Positions 35,813 through 48,434 of a stretch of 64,000 nucleotides of DNA are shown here, piece after piece. This stretch comes from Eledone cirrhosa (lineage: Eukaryota): positions 66,030,001 to 66,094,000 of the forward strand of contig OZ024741.1 of NCBI GenBank assembly GCA_964016885.1, read 5' to 3'. The position numbers and the translations under genes were made by a program. A model generated the notes under the pieces. The model saw only the letters and a list, made by a program, of their open reading frames with translations, did not search any database and was not told where the DNA came from. Position 1 is the stretch's first letter. Each line of letters starts with the position of its first letter.

Positions 35813-38757
35813 TTAAAGAGTTAAGGATTTTAGCCAATCTGTTTGTAAAGTGTTGTAAAGATTGTAATTGGACTCACATAAACCTGTGCACCTGTGCAAT
35901 CCCAGATAGATCTATCCCAGAAAACTTTCACCACATGTGATACATCAAAGAAATGGTTGAATCTAGCTCTGGCACTTGATATGGTACTGATAAACTTGGA
36001 TAGACTTAAAGAATTTAGCTTAGTTGTTAGAGTGTTAGACTCAATCTTAAACTTATGGTTTTAATTACTTAACTAGGTAAGCAAGACGTTTCATTTCATG
36101 TTACTTTTCATGGTAGGACTGGGGTCTCTATAATTAAAAGACCTGAAAAACCTCATATGAGATCCAACCTCAGAGGAGGCCAGCAAAATCTATGTGTGAG
36201 ATAGGAATTTAAATTTAGCAGTATCTGCCAATTGTCTACAGCGAGTTTCAACAGAAAGAGGTGAGAGAATTCTGGCCAGATATGGCTTGTTTAACTGAGG
36301 TTGCCAGCACCATACTGTAGGAATATCAAGTGATAACAGTAACACTGAAAACATGCCTGTGTGTTTGTAACTTGAGATGGAGAGGAAGGTCCATGCTAAC
36401 CAGTGGTAGTGTCATCTGTTGTAGGGTCAGTCTGACTAAAGAGCTGGGGTCTGGTACAGTTCATAACTCCAGGTAGATAAGGTAGCCTTCAAACAAAACA
36501 CTATTTCCTATCTTTACATAATACTTCAAACAGAGTATAACATTCCCATATAAAAGTATTCTATTGATTCCCAGAATGGATGAAAGACACAGTTGACTTC
36601 AGTGAGATTTGAACACAGAACATGAAATGACCCTAACTAAATACCGAAAGATGTTCTAACTCATGTCATAATATTTCCCTGGTGATAAGAAACTCTCAGG
36701 AGAGCTGGACAGCAGAAGGTCTTCAGAGAAAACCCTCCTCCCCCCAAGCGAATATTTTGGCTCTTAAATTCCCTATATTAACTGTTTGTATACACTGATC
36801 TCAACCTTTATAGAGGAAGATGTATAGTTCTATTTTCAACAAACTCAATGAATTACTGGTACCTATTTTTATCAAATGGGATCAGAAAGGGGGACAAAAC
36901 TAAATAAAGGTAAGACATTTCATCTGACACTGATGTTTCTACTTTAAATAATAAGGATTTCTGACATTAATAACAGCCCCCTCCACAAATTTATGGTGAA
37001 GGAGAGGGGTATTGGCAATGGAATAACCCAGAACATTACAGCTATTTTATACTAACTCTAGTGGAATTTCAACTCATAATATATGTAAAGGAATGTAATT
37101 ACATATTGAAAGGTATTTACTCTGCTACTTCATACCCTTCATACACTGATATACAATCTACTCTTCATATGAAGGGAGAATCCCTTAATAATGATAATGG
37201 TGTCTGGTTTAGGCACAATGCCAACAATTTTGTGCATTACTGGTGCTTTATTTTATCAATCCTCGTAAGGATGAAAGGCTTGAAGTGGTTGGTACTAGGA
37301 AAGGCATATGTTTAACTTTTTTGGCACCCAGATGTGTGTTGATCAGTGTTGTTGATCATGTAGTTAAGAAGTTTTCTCCACAATCATATGGTTCTAGGTT
37401 CAATTCCATAATATGGCACAGTTGGCAAGTGCCTTCTCTCGTTACATCAAGTTGACTTAAATGAAACTGGGGTAGAAGGAAACTGTATGAAATGTTATCA
37501 GATAGATCTGTACCTGTTCTTAAATCTCTCTAAAGTCTGTCTTAAGCCAGAAGGCTTATTGGGTCGGTGCTTATCCTGGTTTCATGGCATGAATAGGACG
37601 CCAGTCCATAATGGGGTTAAACCCCCAGCTGATACTCATTTTCAGCTGAGTATACTGGAGCAATGTGAAATGAAGTGTTTTGCGCAAGAACACAACACAC
37701 AACCCAATCCAGGAATCAAACTTAACACCACTATTTGTCTCTTGACAAATAGTGGTGTTAAATTGCAAGCATCCAAACCATGTCACTGAGCTGAGAAAAA
37801 TTCTCTATTGATGCTCTACTTCTTACTGTAGGAATATGACAGGTAAAGTCAACTGATGTAGGACATAACTAAATACAAGATATTTGGTACTGAACTGTTT
37901 CTACCAATAGACCACAGTTTTAGAGCCATATTACTAGTCTAAAGATAACATGAAACATATTCCTCCCTTCCTCACAGCAGTCTCCAAGGCCATACAAAAG
38001 GTTCTTGAGCATTGCCCTTTAACTAAGCCATACAAATATAATAGATTCCACCACCATAAACTTCTTTAGTTTCAATACACAAGCTCAGATCAAATTTCAT
38101 TTGACAAGTGCGTATTAAAAATATAGTTGAGAATGCTCACCTATAATGAGATGGTGAATTGGCAGAATTGTTAGAATGTCGAATAGAATGCTTTGCGATA
38201 TTCGTTCCAACCTTCTGTGCTCTGAGTTTAAATTCCACCTAGGTCAACTTTGTTTTTCATCTTTTTGAGGTCAATAAAAAAAAATACCAGTGTCATACTG
38301 GGGTTGATATTTCCTCTCTATATATATATTTCTCACTCTCGCTCCTTCACTGGAAGTAACTGGCTGTATTTAGATCCAGAGAGAAGGGTTCCACTTATGT
38401 CACTAAAGCCCCCCACCCCCACCCCATGATTCCACCAGGAGTTACAGGTCAATGCATACATTCTATAAAGCATTAGTTACCTGTCGGCAAAGTAGAGGAC
38501 AGGTAGTCAAAGAAGTATCACCTGTTCTAAATTCCTCGCATAAACAATCATCATCATCATTTAATGTTCATGCTAGCAAAGGTTGGACAGGTCATCGTAG
38601 ATGATGTCAGTACTTAAGCAAAGCTAATGATTTCTCAAACAGGTCAGGGACCTGCATCTCACTCATCTGACCATTCATAAGGGCTGGGGGACGACATCTT
38701 GCTTACATACATTATTGTACTCTAAGCATGTACATGTGTTTGTGGCACCAGCATTAA

Positions 38758-38968
38758 CCCTTTAGTATTTACATTACTCTATATTTACTATTGTATTTTC
38801 ATCGTAAACACATTATCTCACATGGTATTGAAGCTATGAGATTTTGATATTATTTATTTTGAGAACAATACCTTAACATCAATATGAGCAGCTGGTTATG
38901 GCTGGTTTGAACAACAGAAAGAGGTGAGAGAATTCTGGCTGGATATGGCCAATTTAAATGCTAAAGAG
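38758..38968 (+). mobile_element. piggyBac-type MITE family 1
   Basis: TTAA flanks, family consensus. Confidence 0.8.
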
Positions 38969-40333
38969 TTAAGGAAGTTGGCATATCTTTGAGACAGCTA
39001 AAGAGTCCCCCTGACTCTTTGTTTGGTAGGTTTTCTATGGCTGAGTGCCCTTCTTATCATCAACTACTTAACAGAATGTAAATATAATCAATTGCAATTT
39101 TAAAGCTAGACTGAAACAAGAAGACAAACAAAACTGGGTGAAAAACAGGATGCGATTACACAACATGCAAATATTTTACCAAAAGACTATTACAAACTAA
39201 TGTGAAACAAGGTCATTGTACACTTAAACATTCTTTATAAACAGACATTCAGTTGGATAGTGATGTATAAGTTAATCCACCCAACATCTTATAACTTTGG
39301 GTGTTGGATTGGTTTATAGCTATAAGGAACCTATTGCAGAAATATAATCTGGTCGCTCCTCATCCTATTATCAAGATGTTAGATTTTTATTATAACATTG
39401 CTTTCTTGTTTATTAAAAATGAAAATTGTTTGTATCAAGATCGATCAGGAGATACAGATTTATACATTATACCATTGTGTTGAACTATAAATACATGAAT
39501 TTATTCAAATGGAGTAGAAAACAATGCAGCCATGTTTGATGGTTGAAACACCAGCAAAGAGAGTTAGTTATGTTGTTATTTAATTGACTTGGAATTGAAA
39601 AAACCCTAAAATACTTGGCAATTTTCTCAAAAGAAATGCTTAATAGAAAGAATAAGAATCAAACAACAAGACTACGCCCATTAAATACTTTCTCTTTCAT
39701 GCTTTTTTAAAATATATTTATAAATGTAGTTTCTGGTGATATAAAGGAAAACAATTGCGTAATTATTTCTAGTGAAACAGACAGCCATAGAGTTGTCTCT
39801 AATTTTAGAATTCATTGTGATACTTTTTATAGAAGACCTGGAGAAACGAAAATGGAAATAAATATAATAAATGATGTTTTCATACAATAAATGCTATAAA
39901 TATGGTCAAGAATTTCAGAGTACATATTTTATATTGATGCCGAACTTTCTAGACTGGTAGGAGTTGCATTCAATAATATGGTATACATATGATAGAGATG
40001 GTGATGGTGGTGTATGTTAAGAAGGAGGGGAAAGAATGAGGAATTGACAATAAAGGAAAGAAATGAGGGGTAATGATATAGAAGAGAAAAGAAGAAAACA
40101 GGAAAACACAAGAAAATATGAACTAAACAAAGAAGACAGAAGAATAGGGACAACAACAGCAAAAAGAATGGTATCCGATTAAAGCTATGTGGTCTGTCAG
40201 ATTGGTTAACATCTCACTACAACCCCAATGACAAGACATGTCAATAGAGGAATATATGTGGTTACTTAACATGCTAGAAATAGCAACCAAATCTACTGTA
40301 AATTACAATGTACAATCTTCAAAGAGTTTAAAG

Positions 40334-41777
40334 GTACACAAGCCATGTATAGGGGAGCAGTCAGCAAAGTTAGGATTGGCAATGAGTATAGCGAGGAATT
40401 TAGCGTACAGGTTGGGGTCCACCAGGGCTCTGTTCTTAGCCCTCTCCTGTTCATCATAGTCCTGCAGGCAATAACGGAGGAGTTTAAGACCGGATGCCCA
40501 TGGGAACTCCTGTATGCTGATGACCTCGCACTCATAGCTGAATCTATGGTAGAACTAGAGAATAAATTCGAAACCTGGAAGCAGGGACTAGAGAGAAAGG
40601 GCCTCAAAGTCAACATGACAAAGACTAAGGTCCTTATAAGTAGACGAGAAAACAGAACCCAGATCCCCTCAGGGAAATGGCCTTGCTCAGTATGTAGGAA
40701 AGGTGTAGGTAGGAACTCCATTCTTTGCCCCAAATGCAAACAATGGGTACACAAGAGATGTAGCGGGATCTCAGGAAGCTTAATTAAGAATGTAGGATTC
40801 ACATGCAGCAGCTGTGCTGAAACAGCAAGCAAACAGCCACAGGAAACAAGTACCACCAATCTCTGGGAGGGCCCTGTAGAAACAGTAGACAGCTTCTGCT
40901 ACCTAGGTGACCGAATTAGCAACGGAGGTGGGTGCTCAGAAAGTACAATAACTAGGGTAAGAACGGGATGGAAGAAGTTTAGGGAACTACTACCACTGCT
41001 AGCTGCAAAAGGCTTCTCCCTCAGAATGAAAGGCAGACTGTATGATGCGTGTATCCGAACAGCGATGTTGCATGGTAGTGAGACCTGGGCGCTGAAGGTG
41101 GAAGACTTACGTAGATTAGAGAGAAACGAAGCCTGCATGCTCCGATGGATGTGTAACAGTAATATACGTGAACGACAAAGCATAAATGAATTGAGAGAGA
41201 GACTGAGCATAAGAGGAATCAAATGCTGCGTGCAGGAGAGGCGGTTACGCTGGTATGGACATGTGATGCGTATGAAGGATGACAGCTGCATAAAAAGGTG
41301 CAGAGCACTAGAAGTTGATGGAAACCGCGGAGTGGGGAGACCCAAGATGACTTGGGATGAGGTGATAAAAGCCGACCTTACCCAACTACACCTCTCAAAG
41401 TCAATGACACACGACCGTGACTTCTGGCGTCACGCAGTAATACAGGGTACCCGACCTCCCATGGGTACATGCTGAAGCATATAAACAATATGCCCCCCCC
41501 CCCCCACCGCAAGGTGGTCGTGGAGGTGCCACGGCAAAAAAGCACCCAGCCCACACTGTAAAGTGGACGTGTAGGCGCCACGAAAAAGCACCCAGCACTC
41601 ACTGTAAATGAGGTTGGTGTTAGGAAGGGCATCCAGCTGTAGAAATCAAGCCAGATCAGTTCCTGTATCAGCAAGGCATGGTCAGCCGACCAGACACTGC
41701 CCACAACAGGACAACCCGTCTAACCCATGCTAGCGTGGAAGAACGGACGTAAAACGGTGATGATGATGATGATGATG
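40334..41777 (+). mobile_element. RTE LINE, second 5'-truncated young copy
   Basis: Near-identical to 10338-11783; open frame 40345-41475 with YADD; (GAT)n tail. Confidence 0.95.
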
Positions 41778-42571
41778 ACAAGACTGAAATACTCATTATG
41801 AGTGAAATATTCATTAAGAGGATATATGTCTGTGGAATACTCAACCACTGGCATTAATTTAATGAGTAGGCAGTACAATTGATTGAACAACTAAATGCTA
41901 ATTGTCAGAACCAACAGAGGATTTCAGGTTAAACAACACTAACTAGTAGTTATTTTTTCAAGCCCAGTGAGGGGGGAAAGCTCAAGTTAACTCCAGCTGT
42001 ATTCTTGATCAAAGCTGATCTGTGGCTAAACAATAACATTAACTAGTAATTATTTTATCAAACCTAGTGAGGAGGAAAACCCAATTCAACTCCAATTGTA
42101 TTTGAACTCAGACTGTTAGAGACAGAAGCATTTAGTGAAAGACATTTAGCTTAACCCATGTAGCAAGCTACTTGCCTTTGGCGTATTTATAAACTATTCG
42201 TGCGTGATGTGGCTAAGTCAGGCCAATCGTGAGCCGCGTACGAATTTATATTATCAACTTCCGCCCGAACAAAGATTTTCCCGATTCTTTCATATATACT
42301 CTCTTGCTACTTGAACTTTGAAAGGAAAAGACATTATTATGTAGCGGTGAGATCTTCTCCTTGGGTCTGACACAACGCCACTTCTTAACTCTTAATTGTT
42401 TGTTCCTTTATTTGACATGTCAACTCAACTTAACACTTTGTAATTAGTTGTGAATAAAAACAGGTAAAAATGTTATCAAAGACTTTACGACTAATTCCAC
42501 AAACATTCACTTCTCTCACACTTAACAAACCGTTACATTCAAACTAAACCTCTAACTGATATACTTTAGCC

Positions 42572-42749
42572 CAGTGATTCTCAACCAGTCTGCCACGATA
42601 TCTTCCTAAGTGTGCCGCAAAATTTCATTTTCGCCATGTTTTTATTTTGTAAAATTCAAATATTTTTCATATATATTTAGCCAGGTGTGCCACTATTTTT
42701 TCATGTGTTCCAAGGTGTGCCGTTGGCAAAAAAAGGTTGAGAACTACTG
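42572..42749. mobile_element. hAT (Charlie-type) MITE
   Basis: TIRs CAGTGATTCTCAACC / GGTTGAGAACTACTG; perfect 8-bp TSD CTTTAGCC (42564-42571, 42750-42757). Confidence 0.92.
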
Positions 42750-43659
42750 CTTTAGCCTAACAAAAACCATATCTGCTACAACAAAAATACATATTCTTCT
42801 TATTATTATTATAATTATTATTTTGCTGTTAATTAAACACACAACAAAATATGTCACTCCCTCTACTATCTTAACACTTTTAATACCAACCAACATAAAA
42901 CTGCTCATAATTTTGTGATATAAATAAAACCTTTCATTTTAAATTGTTTATATTTAAATTTAAAAGAAAAACATTTTTTCGTAATTCTATGTAAGAACCT
43001 TTGTTATGTTCCAAATACTAGTTTAATAATGAGAAAGTTAAGCATTTTATTTACTCCATCCATTAAAATTTTTGGTTATTTTCAAAACTATCTGAATTGT
43101 CTTTCATTAGAAATATGTTAATGAAAACATCTGAAGGAAGGTTCAAATGTGTTGGTGGCTTGGCTATAATGTAATATAATATAACAACACACCAGATGCT
43201 AACTACTTGTAGAATGTTTACAGAAAGTGAAATGAATACTTATCAACTTTTACATACATACTACTTAACTTGACTAAATCTATACAAAATAACTTTGTTA
43301 TTGAGTCTGAACAACGATGCCTTACATATGCTAGAAAAACACATTTAAACCATTAGTTTTCATCACAGTCTTAGATATATGTTAAGATGTTAATGTCTTC
43401 ATATTTTAAAACTATATAAATTAACTTGTTATGGCATTCATTTAATGATTCCTTACATGAGTTCAAGACATCACATTTTAACATTTAGCCTCGAGACTAA
43501 GAAGGGAATCTCTCAGTGTTTGCATTATTTACAATAAAAAGCAACTAAACCTTATTCAAATCACATCTGACTGTCTTTAAAAAATAAAAAGAGGACATAT
43601 TGAACAATATACGAGGGTTGGCTGAAAAGTTCATAGGCTGACTATCAGAGCCTGCTTGC

Positions 43660-44760
43660 TTAATTTCTTTATAATTTTCATAAGTCCTCTGTACACAAAG
43701 CCCAAATCTCACTACCATATAGCATTGTCATTCAAACTGTATTTTACTCTGAGGCAGAAACACTTTGTAGCTAGCAGTGGTAGTAGCACTCTGAGCTTTT
43801 TCCCATTGGTCCTTACTCTGGCCACTGTATTTTCAGAACACTCACCCCCACTGCTAATTTGGTCCTTTAGATAGCCAAGCTGTCAGCTATTTCTAGGTAG
43901 CCCTCGGAGTATTTGAAGGGCTTGTTTCCTGTGTGCTCTTGTTGTTTACTGATCCTGTGCATTGGCTACATATAAAGCCTATTTTCTTTGCTAACTCACC
44001 AGCAATCCCACATCTTCTGTGTACCCAAAGCTTACTCCTTTCCTGCATAGTGAGCAGGGCCATTTCCCAGAAGGAATTAGAGCCCTGTTTTCATTTTTAC
44101 TCTCTAGGACTTTGGTCTTTGGTGAGTTGACTCAGAGGCCTATTGTTTCTAGGTTTTGCTTCCATGTCTGGAATCTCTTCTCTAGTTCTGCTGCAGTTTC
44201 AGCTATGAGGACTAGATCATCAGCATATAAGAGTTCCAGCAGGCAGCCAGTTTTAAACTCCTCTGTTATAGCCTGAAGGACAATAATAAACAGGAGGGAG
44301 CTGAAGACTGAGCCCTGGTGCACCTTGACCAGCGCACTAAATTTGTCACTGTATTCATTATTGACTAACCTTGACTAAGGACAGTGGATTGGCAGTATCG
44401 GTAGAGGGTCGGACGCCATGCTTTGCAGCATAGAGTTACGGCTCTTTATGATCTGAATTCAAATCCCACCTAAGTTAATTTTGCCTTTCATCCTTACGGG
44501 GTCAATAAAATAAAGTACCACTCATGCACTGGGGTCGATTTAATCAACTTTCCCCTCCCCAAAAATGTCTGGCCTTGTGTCTATATAAGAAACCATTATT
44601 GACTAACCTTACTGAGTGCAGCTCTAAGTATCTTGTACCACTCATACCAACCAGTTCTCCGCCTCTAGCTTCCTAAGAGCTCACCAGATTATAGAGTGTT
44701 CAATGCTTTTTACAGATAAAGAAATGCTAGTTAAAGGAGTATACTTTTCCTACAGCTGTC
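43660..44760 (-). mobile_element. Old degraded RTE LINE interrupted by SINE B
   Basis: HQGSVFSSLLFIIVLQAITEEFKTGC..LLYADDL on the minus strand, many indels. Confidence 0.85.
44373..44593 (+). mobile_element. SINE family B with target-site duplication
   Basis: CATTATTGACTAACCTT repeated at 44356-44372 and 44594-44610. Confidence 0.88.
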
Positions 44761-45098
44761 TCACAATTATATATTTACAATCTATAATCTATATATAATA
44801 GAAAAGAGAGATGTTTGTTGGTTATTGTCTTCGCGCAATACACAAAAACGAAAACTCACAATCAAAAAGTAAGTACACCAATGGAAAAAGGATATACTCA
44901 GAAAGATTTATTGATACTCATTTTATAACATCAAAGAAGAAGAAAAATATCCTAGGTATGCTAACCAACCTGACTGCTATTTCTAGCAGGTTGGGAGAAA
45001 ACCATAAGGGATTTTCTCTGCATTGTCAGTGATGCTTGTGTTTTGTGGCCAGTGTCTCTGTGAATTCAAACACTAATTTACACTCACACACATTTAAA

Positions 45099-45659
45099 TC
45101 TATATCTATATATAATATAAAAGATTGGAACTCCCATCATCCTTTTGAGGAACGTGGACCTGCCACGTCTATGCGATGGCATATGCTTAACAGTCATGTG
45201 GATGATTAACCATCTCCTAGAGGTCGTTATTCTTAAGGGCAGTAAATGCATTTATTCCCAAGATTCCTCTTATCCCTTCCTCTACAAAGCTGCCATTCAA
45301 ATTCTCAAAACTTCAGTTCCCTGTTAGAGCCAGTTCTCCTATGACCATACATAAAGCTCAGGCTCAGAGTTTCAAAGTTGTAGGATTGAATATTGGAGAA
45401 TCAGCTTTTACCCATGGACAGTTATATGTAGATTGATATTGAGTGGAAACACCTAGAAATCTTCATATACTATGCACAAATGGTAAAACGAAGAATCTGG
45501 TGTATCTGGAAGATTTTTTACTTTTTTTTTTTTTTGGCATACACACACATCACGGTCTCACCTCATACTGTAAATCAGACAACACATCCAATACAGTCAT
45601 TTTCTCTACTGCCTGTCTTATCATCTGTTTACCTGGATGAAGCTGGATGCCTCATCTAG
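45099..45659 (+). mobile_element. Internally deleted Helitron with PIF1-helicase C-terminal pseudogene (45121-45517)
   Basis: 5' A|TCTATA.., 3' degenerate hairpin + CTAG|T; translation GTPIILLRNVDLPRLCDG.. / FIPKIPLIP..LPFKFSKLQFPVR..MTIHKAQAQS..VVGL..FTHGQLYV..GKTKNLVY with a frameshift and stops. Confidence 0.85.
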
Positions 45660-46192
45660 TATATTTATATATATATGTGTATGTGTATGTGTGTTTGTGT
45701 GTGTGTGTATTTATATATACTTATTTAATTTACTTATACCAGGATAGATGAAAATGAAAGTAAACCCTGATAGGATTTGAACTTAAAAAGCAGGTGGAGG
45801 GGGAAATCTATATACTGTTAGGAATTTGGTCTGGCACTCTACCAAAGTCTGCTTTTCTACTATCATATTAATAATAACAATAACAACCATTCAGTAGTTT
45901 TTGGTAAGCGTCTTTTGGAGAAAAAAATATAATCCAAAAACTTGCCAGCTGCACTTCCTTGCTTTTTCATACAACGACCTAGTTTGTTATATTGAGAACA
46001 TATATATGTAAGTATATATGTATATGCGTGTGTGTATAGAGTAGAGGAATATAATCGAAATTTGTATTTTTATTAAAAAAATATAAAACAAGCTTGCACC
46101 CTGTTGTTTGTGTGTGTGTGCGCGCGTGCGATGCGTGTGTGTGTGTGTGACATATCATTTCATATAATCAAAATTAACTCTTTCATTACCAT

Positions 46193-46528
46193 GGAGGCAC
46201 ATGGCTTAGTGGTTAGAGCATTGGGCTTGCTATCGAAAGGTTGTGAGTTCAATTCTCAGACCAGGTGATGTGTTGTTTCCTTGAGCAACACACTTTATTT
46301 CACATTGCTCCAGTTTACTCAGCTGTAGAAATGAGATGATAGGACTGGGGTCCCTATCATTCCACTGTAAAGTGGACGTGCAGACACCACGGAAAAAAAA
46401 GCACCCAGCACTCACTGTAAATGAGGTTGGTGTTAGGAAGGGCATCCAGCTGTAGAAATCAAGCCAGAATCAGTTCCCGTCCCACCCTTGCAAGCAGGGA
46501 AAAGCGGACGTAAAATGATGATGATGAT
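46193..46528 (+). mobile_element. SINE family A, full length
   Basis: tRNA head, central domain, RTE-derived tail. Confidence 0.85.
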
Positions 46529-47278
46529 TACCACATTTCTAAGGAAAGGCAATACTTATGATTTTCAAATCATTTAAAAAATAATCAAGAATTTCAAAAC
46601 TTTCTCATTATTAAGATGATAATTGAAGTATAACTTAATAAACATTCTTACATAGAGATATGATGAAAGGGTTTTAGGTAAATGTAAATACTTTAAAACA
46701 AACAATTTTGTATCACAGAACCTTGAGAGGTTTCAGGTAGTTTAGTTTCAAAAGAGTTAATGGATGTTGAGCAGACTTATGGTATTTTCCATGGTTATTG
46801 TATATTTGTGACTACATCATTCAATGCCTTTCTGACACTCCTTTTCAAGACAGCTGGGTGTAATTTGGAGAATATTTGGTTGCTATTTCTACCAGGCTGA
46901 GCAACAGATGACACCTTCATGGATTCATAGCAGGTGGTTATGTGATCATTTTAAGTGGAACAAATCAACACATCAACTTACCTAAGGTAAAGAAAGAAAA
47001 GCAAAACCTGATGTAAAGTGTAAATATAATGATAATAATTTCTTGTAAAAATAATATAAATAATAATGAAAATTAGTGTGTACAGTGCTCAGGTGCACTA
47101 CAACTCATCAAAGGTGCATGTATAAGACATAGAATAATGTACAAATATCAAGAAAGTGAACAGAGGCAGAAGACCTGAAATTTTGGTAGAAAGTGCCAAG
47201 ATAATTCTAGTACTTGATTGCTACTTTATTTTATCAACCTGGAAGGATGAAAGGTAAATTTAATCATAGCTAAATTCC

Positions 47279-48200
47279 GTGTACCCAGTGCCATGACCTC
47301 ATCAGACAGCTTCTTACATAATAAGGTTACATTTCCGAGGCAATCCAAATTAAAAAGACAAGGGAACGGACAAAGAGTGTTCTTGAAGCCTTTGCCCGTT
47401 TTTCTGTACTGGACTATCGTTCAATATATGGATAATATATCTGTAATATCCAATATGGATCGCCTTTTCATAATTTCTAACTATAATTTACACATCTTCC
47501 TATTTATTATATTTTTTATTTACGTCAATCAAGATTTTAACTTTTAATTTCTAATTTTCAACCTTATTTACCAATTTTAATTTCTATTATGAAACCATAA
47601 TATCTAGACTCTAGAATTAAGTTTATATTCTATTGTCCAAGCATAATTTAAGGATAGTATCGAAACCTATTGAAACTTATACTCTACCACTACCACTAGA
47701 TTTCGGTTGGCTGCCACTGGAAGAGCGACCGGCTGTGAACTCTATGACTGTGTGACCTTACTGGCCTGGATGCGGGTGATTGATTGGTTGGTTCAGGGGG
47801 AGGTGCCTAGGCTAGTTTTGTTGTGTTTTGGAGTAGTAGTTAGATGGTCAACGCCCTTCACATTTGCGCCTGCGCAAAGCTGTGGAGGCAGATTTGGGCT
47901 TACAACGGAATGGGCGAAAACTTCAAGAACACTCTTTGTCCGTTCCCTTGTCGTTTCAATTTGGATTGCCTCGGGAACGTAACCTTATTATGTAAGACGC
48001 TGTCTGATGAGGTCATGGCACTGGATACACCAAAGCATGTGGCCACTGTCATCATTGAAATATGTATCACAGCCTTATCAATAAATGACTTTAACATCTG
48101 AAACTACTTCGCATTTTCTTATTCTAAGTATACTCCGTCACTCCTATGTGGAAAAAGTACGTTGAGTGCTTGAATTGAATTACATCAATATTTACCGTAA
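47279..48200 (+). mobile_element. Penelope-like 3' end / pseudo-LTR with inverted partial pLTR and a hammerhead motif
   Basis: 47279-47388 is the reverse complement of 47921-48030; hammerhead at 47999-48073, AATAAA at 48080, tail ends in (TA)n. Confidence 0.7.
47999..48073 (+). ncRNA. Type I hammerhead ribozyme motif with extended stem II
   Basis: GCTGT-CTGATGA-GGTCATGGCA-(26 nt)-TGTCATCATT-GAAA-TATGTA-TC-ACAGC. Confidence 0.75.
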
Positions 48201-48289
48201 GTATATATATATATATATAAAGAAAAAGAGATGAAATCGAAAATGCAACTGAAGTCTTATTTTTTTTTTAAATATATATTTATTTGGTT

Positions 48290-48327
48290 CCTTTACCGGT
48301 TTCGCAGTTCTTTTGCTTTTCAAAAGG
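48290..48327 (-). ncRNA. Minimal hammerhead motif, U3:A8 variant (inverted copy, one stem II mismatch)
   Basis: Minus: CCTT-TTGAAAA-GCAA-AAGAA-CTGC-GAAA-CCGG-TA-AAGG. Confidence 0.7.
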
Positions 48328-48396
48328 TGAGTTGAGATGGAGGGTCTGTGGTTTTTCTCACAGTGAGAAAAACCACAGACCCTCCATCTCAACTCA

Positions 48397-48434
48397 CCTT
48401 TTGAAAAGCAGAAGAACTGCGAAACCGGTAAAGG
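48397..48434 (+). ncRNA. Minimal hammerhead motif, U3:A8 variant
   Basis: CCTT-TTGAAAA-GCAG-AAGAA-CTGC-GAAA-CCGG-TA-AAGG: stems I and II fully paired, palindromic ACCGGT stem III, GUA cleavage triplet. Confidence 0.78.
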
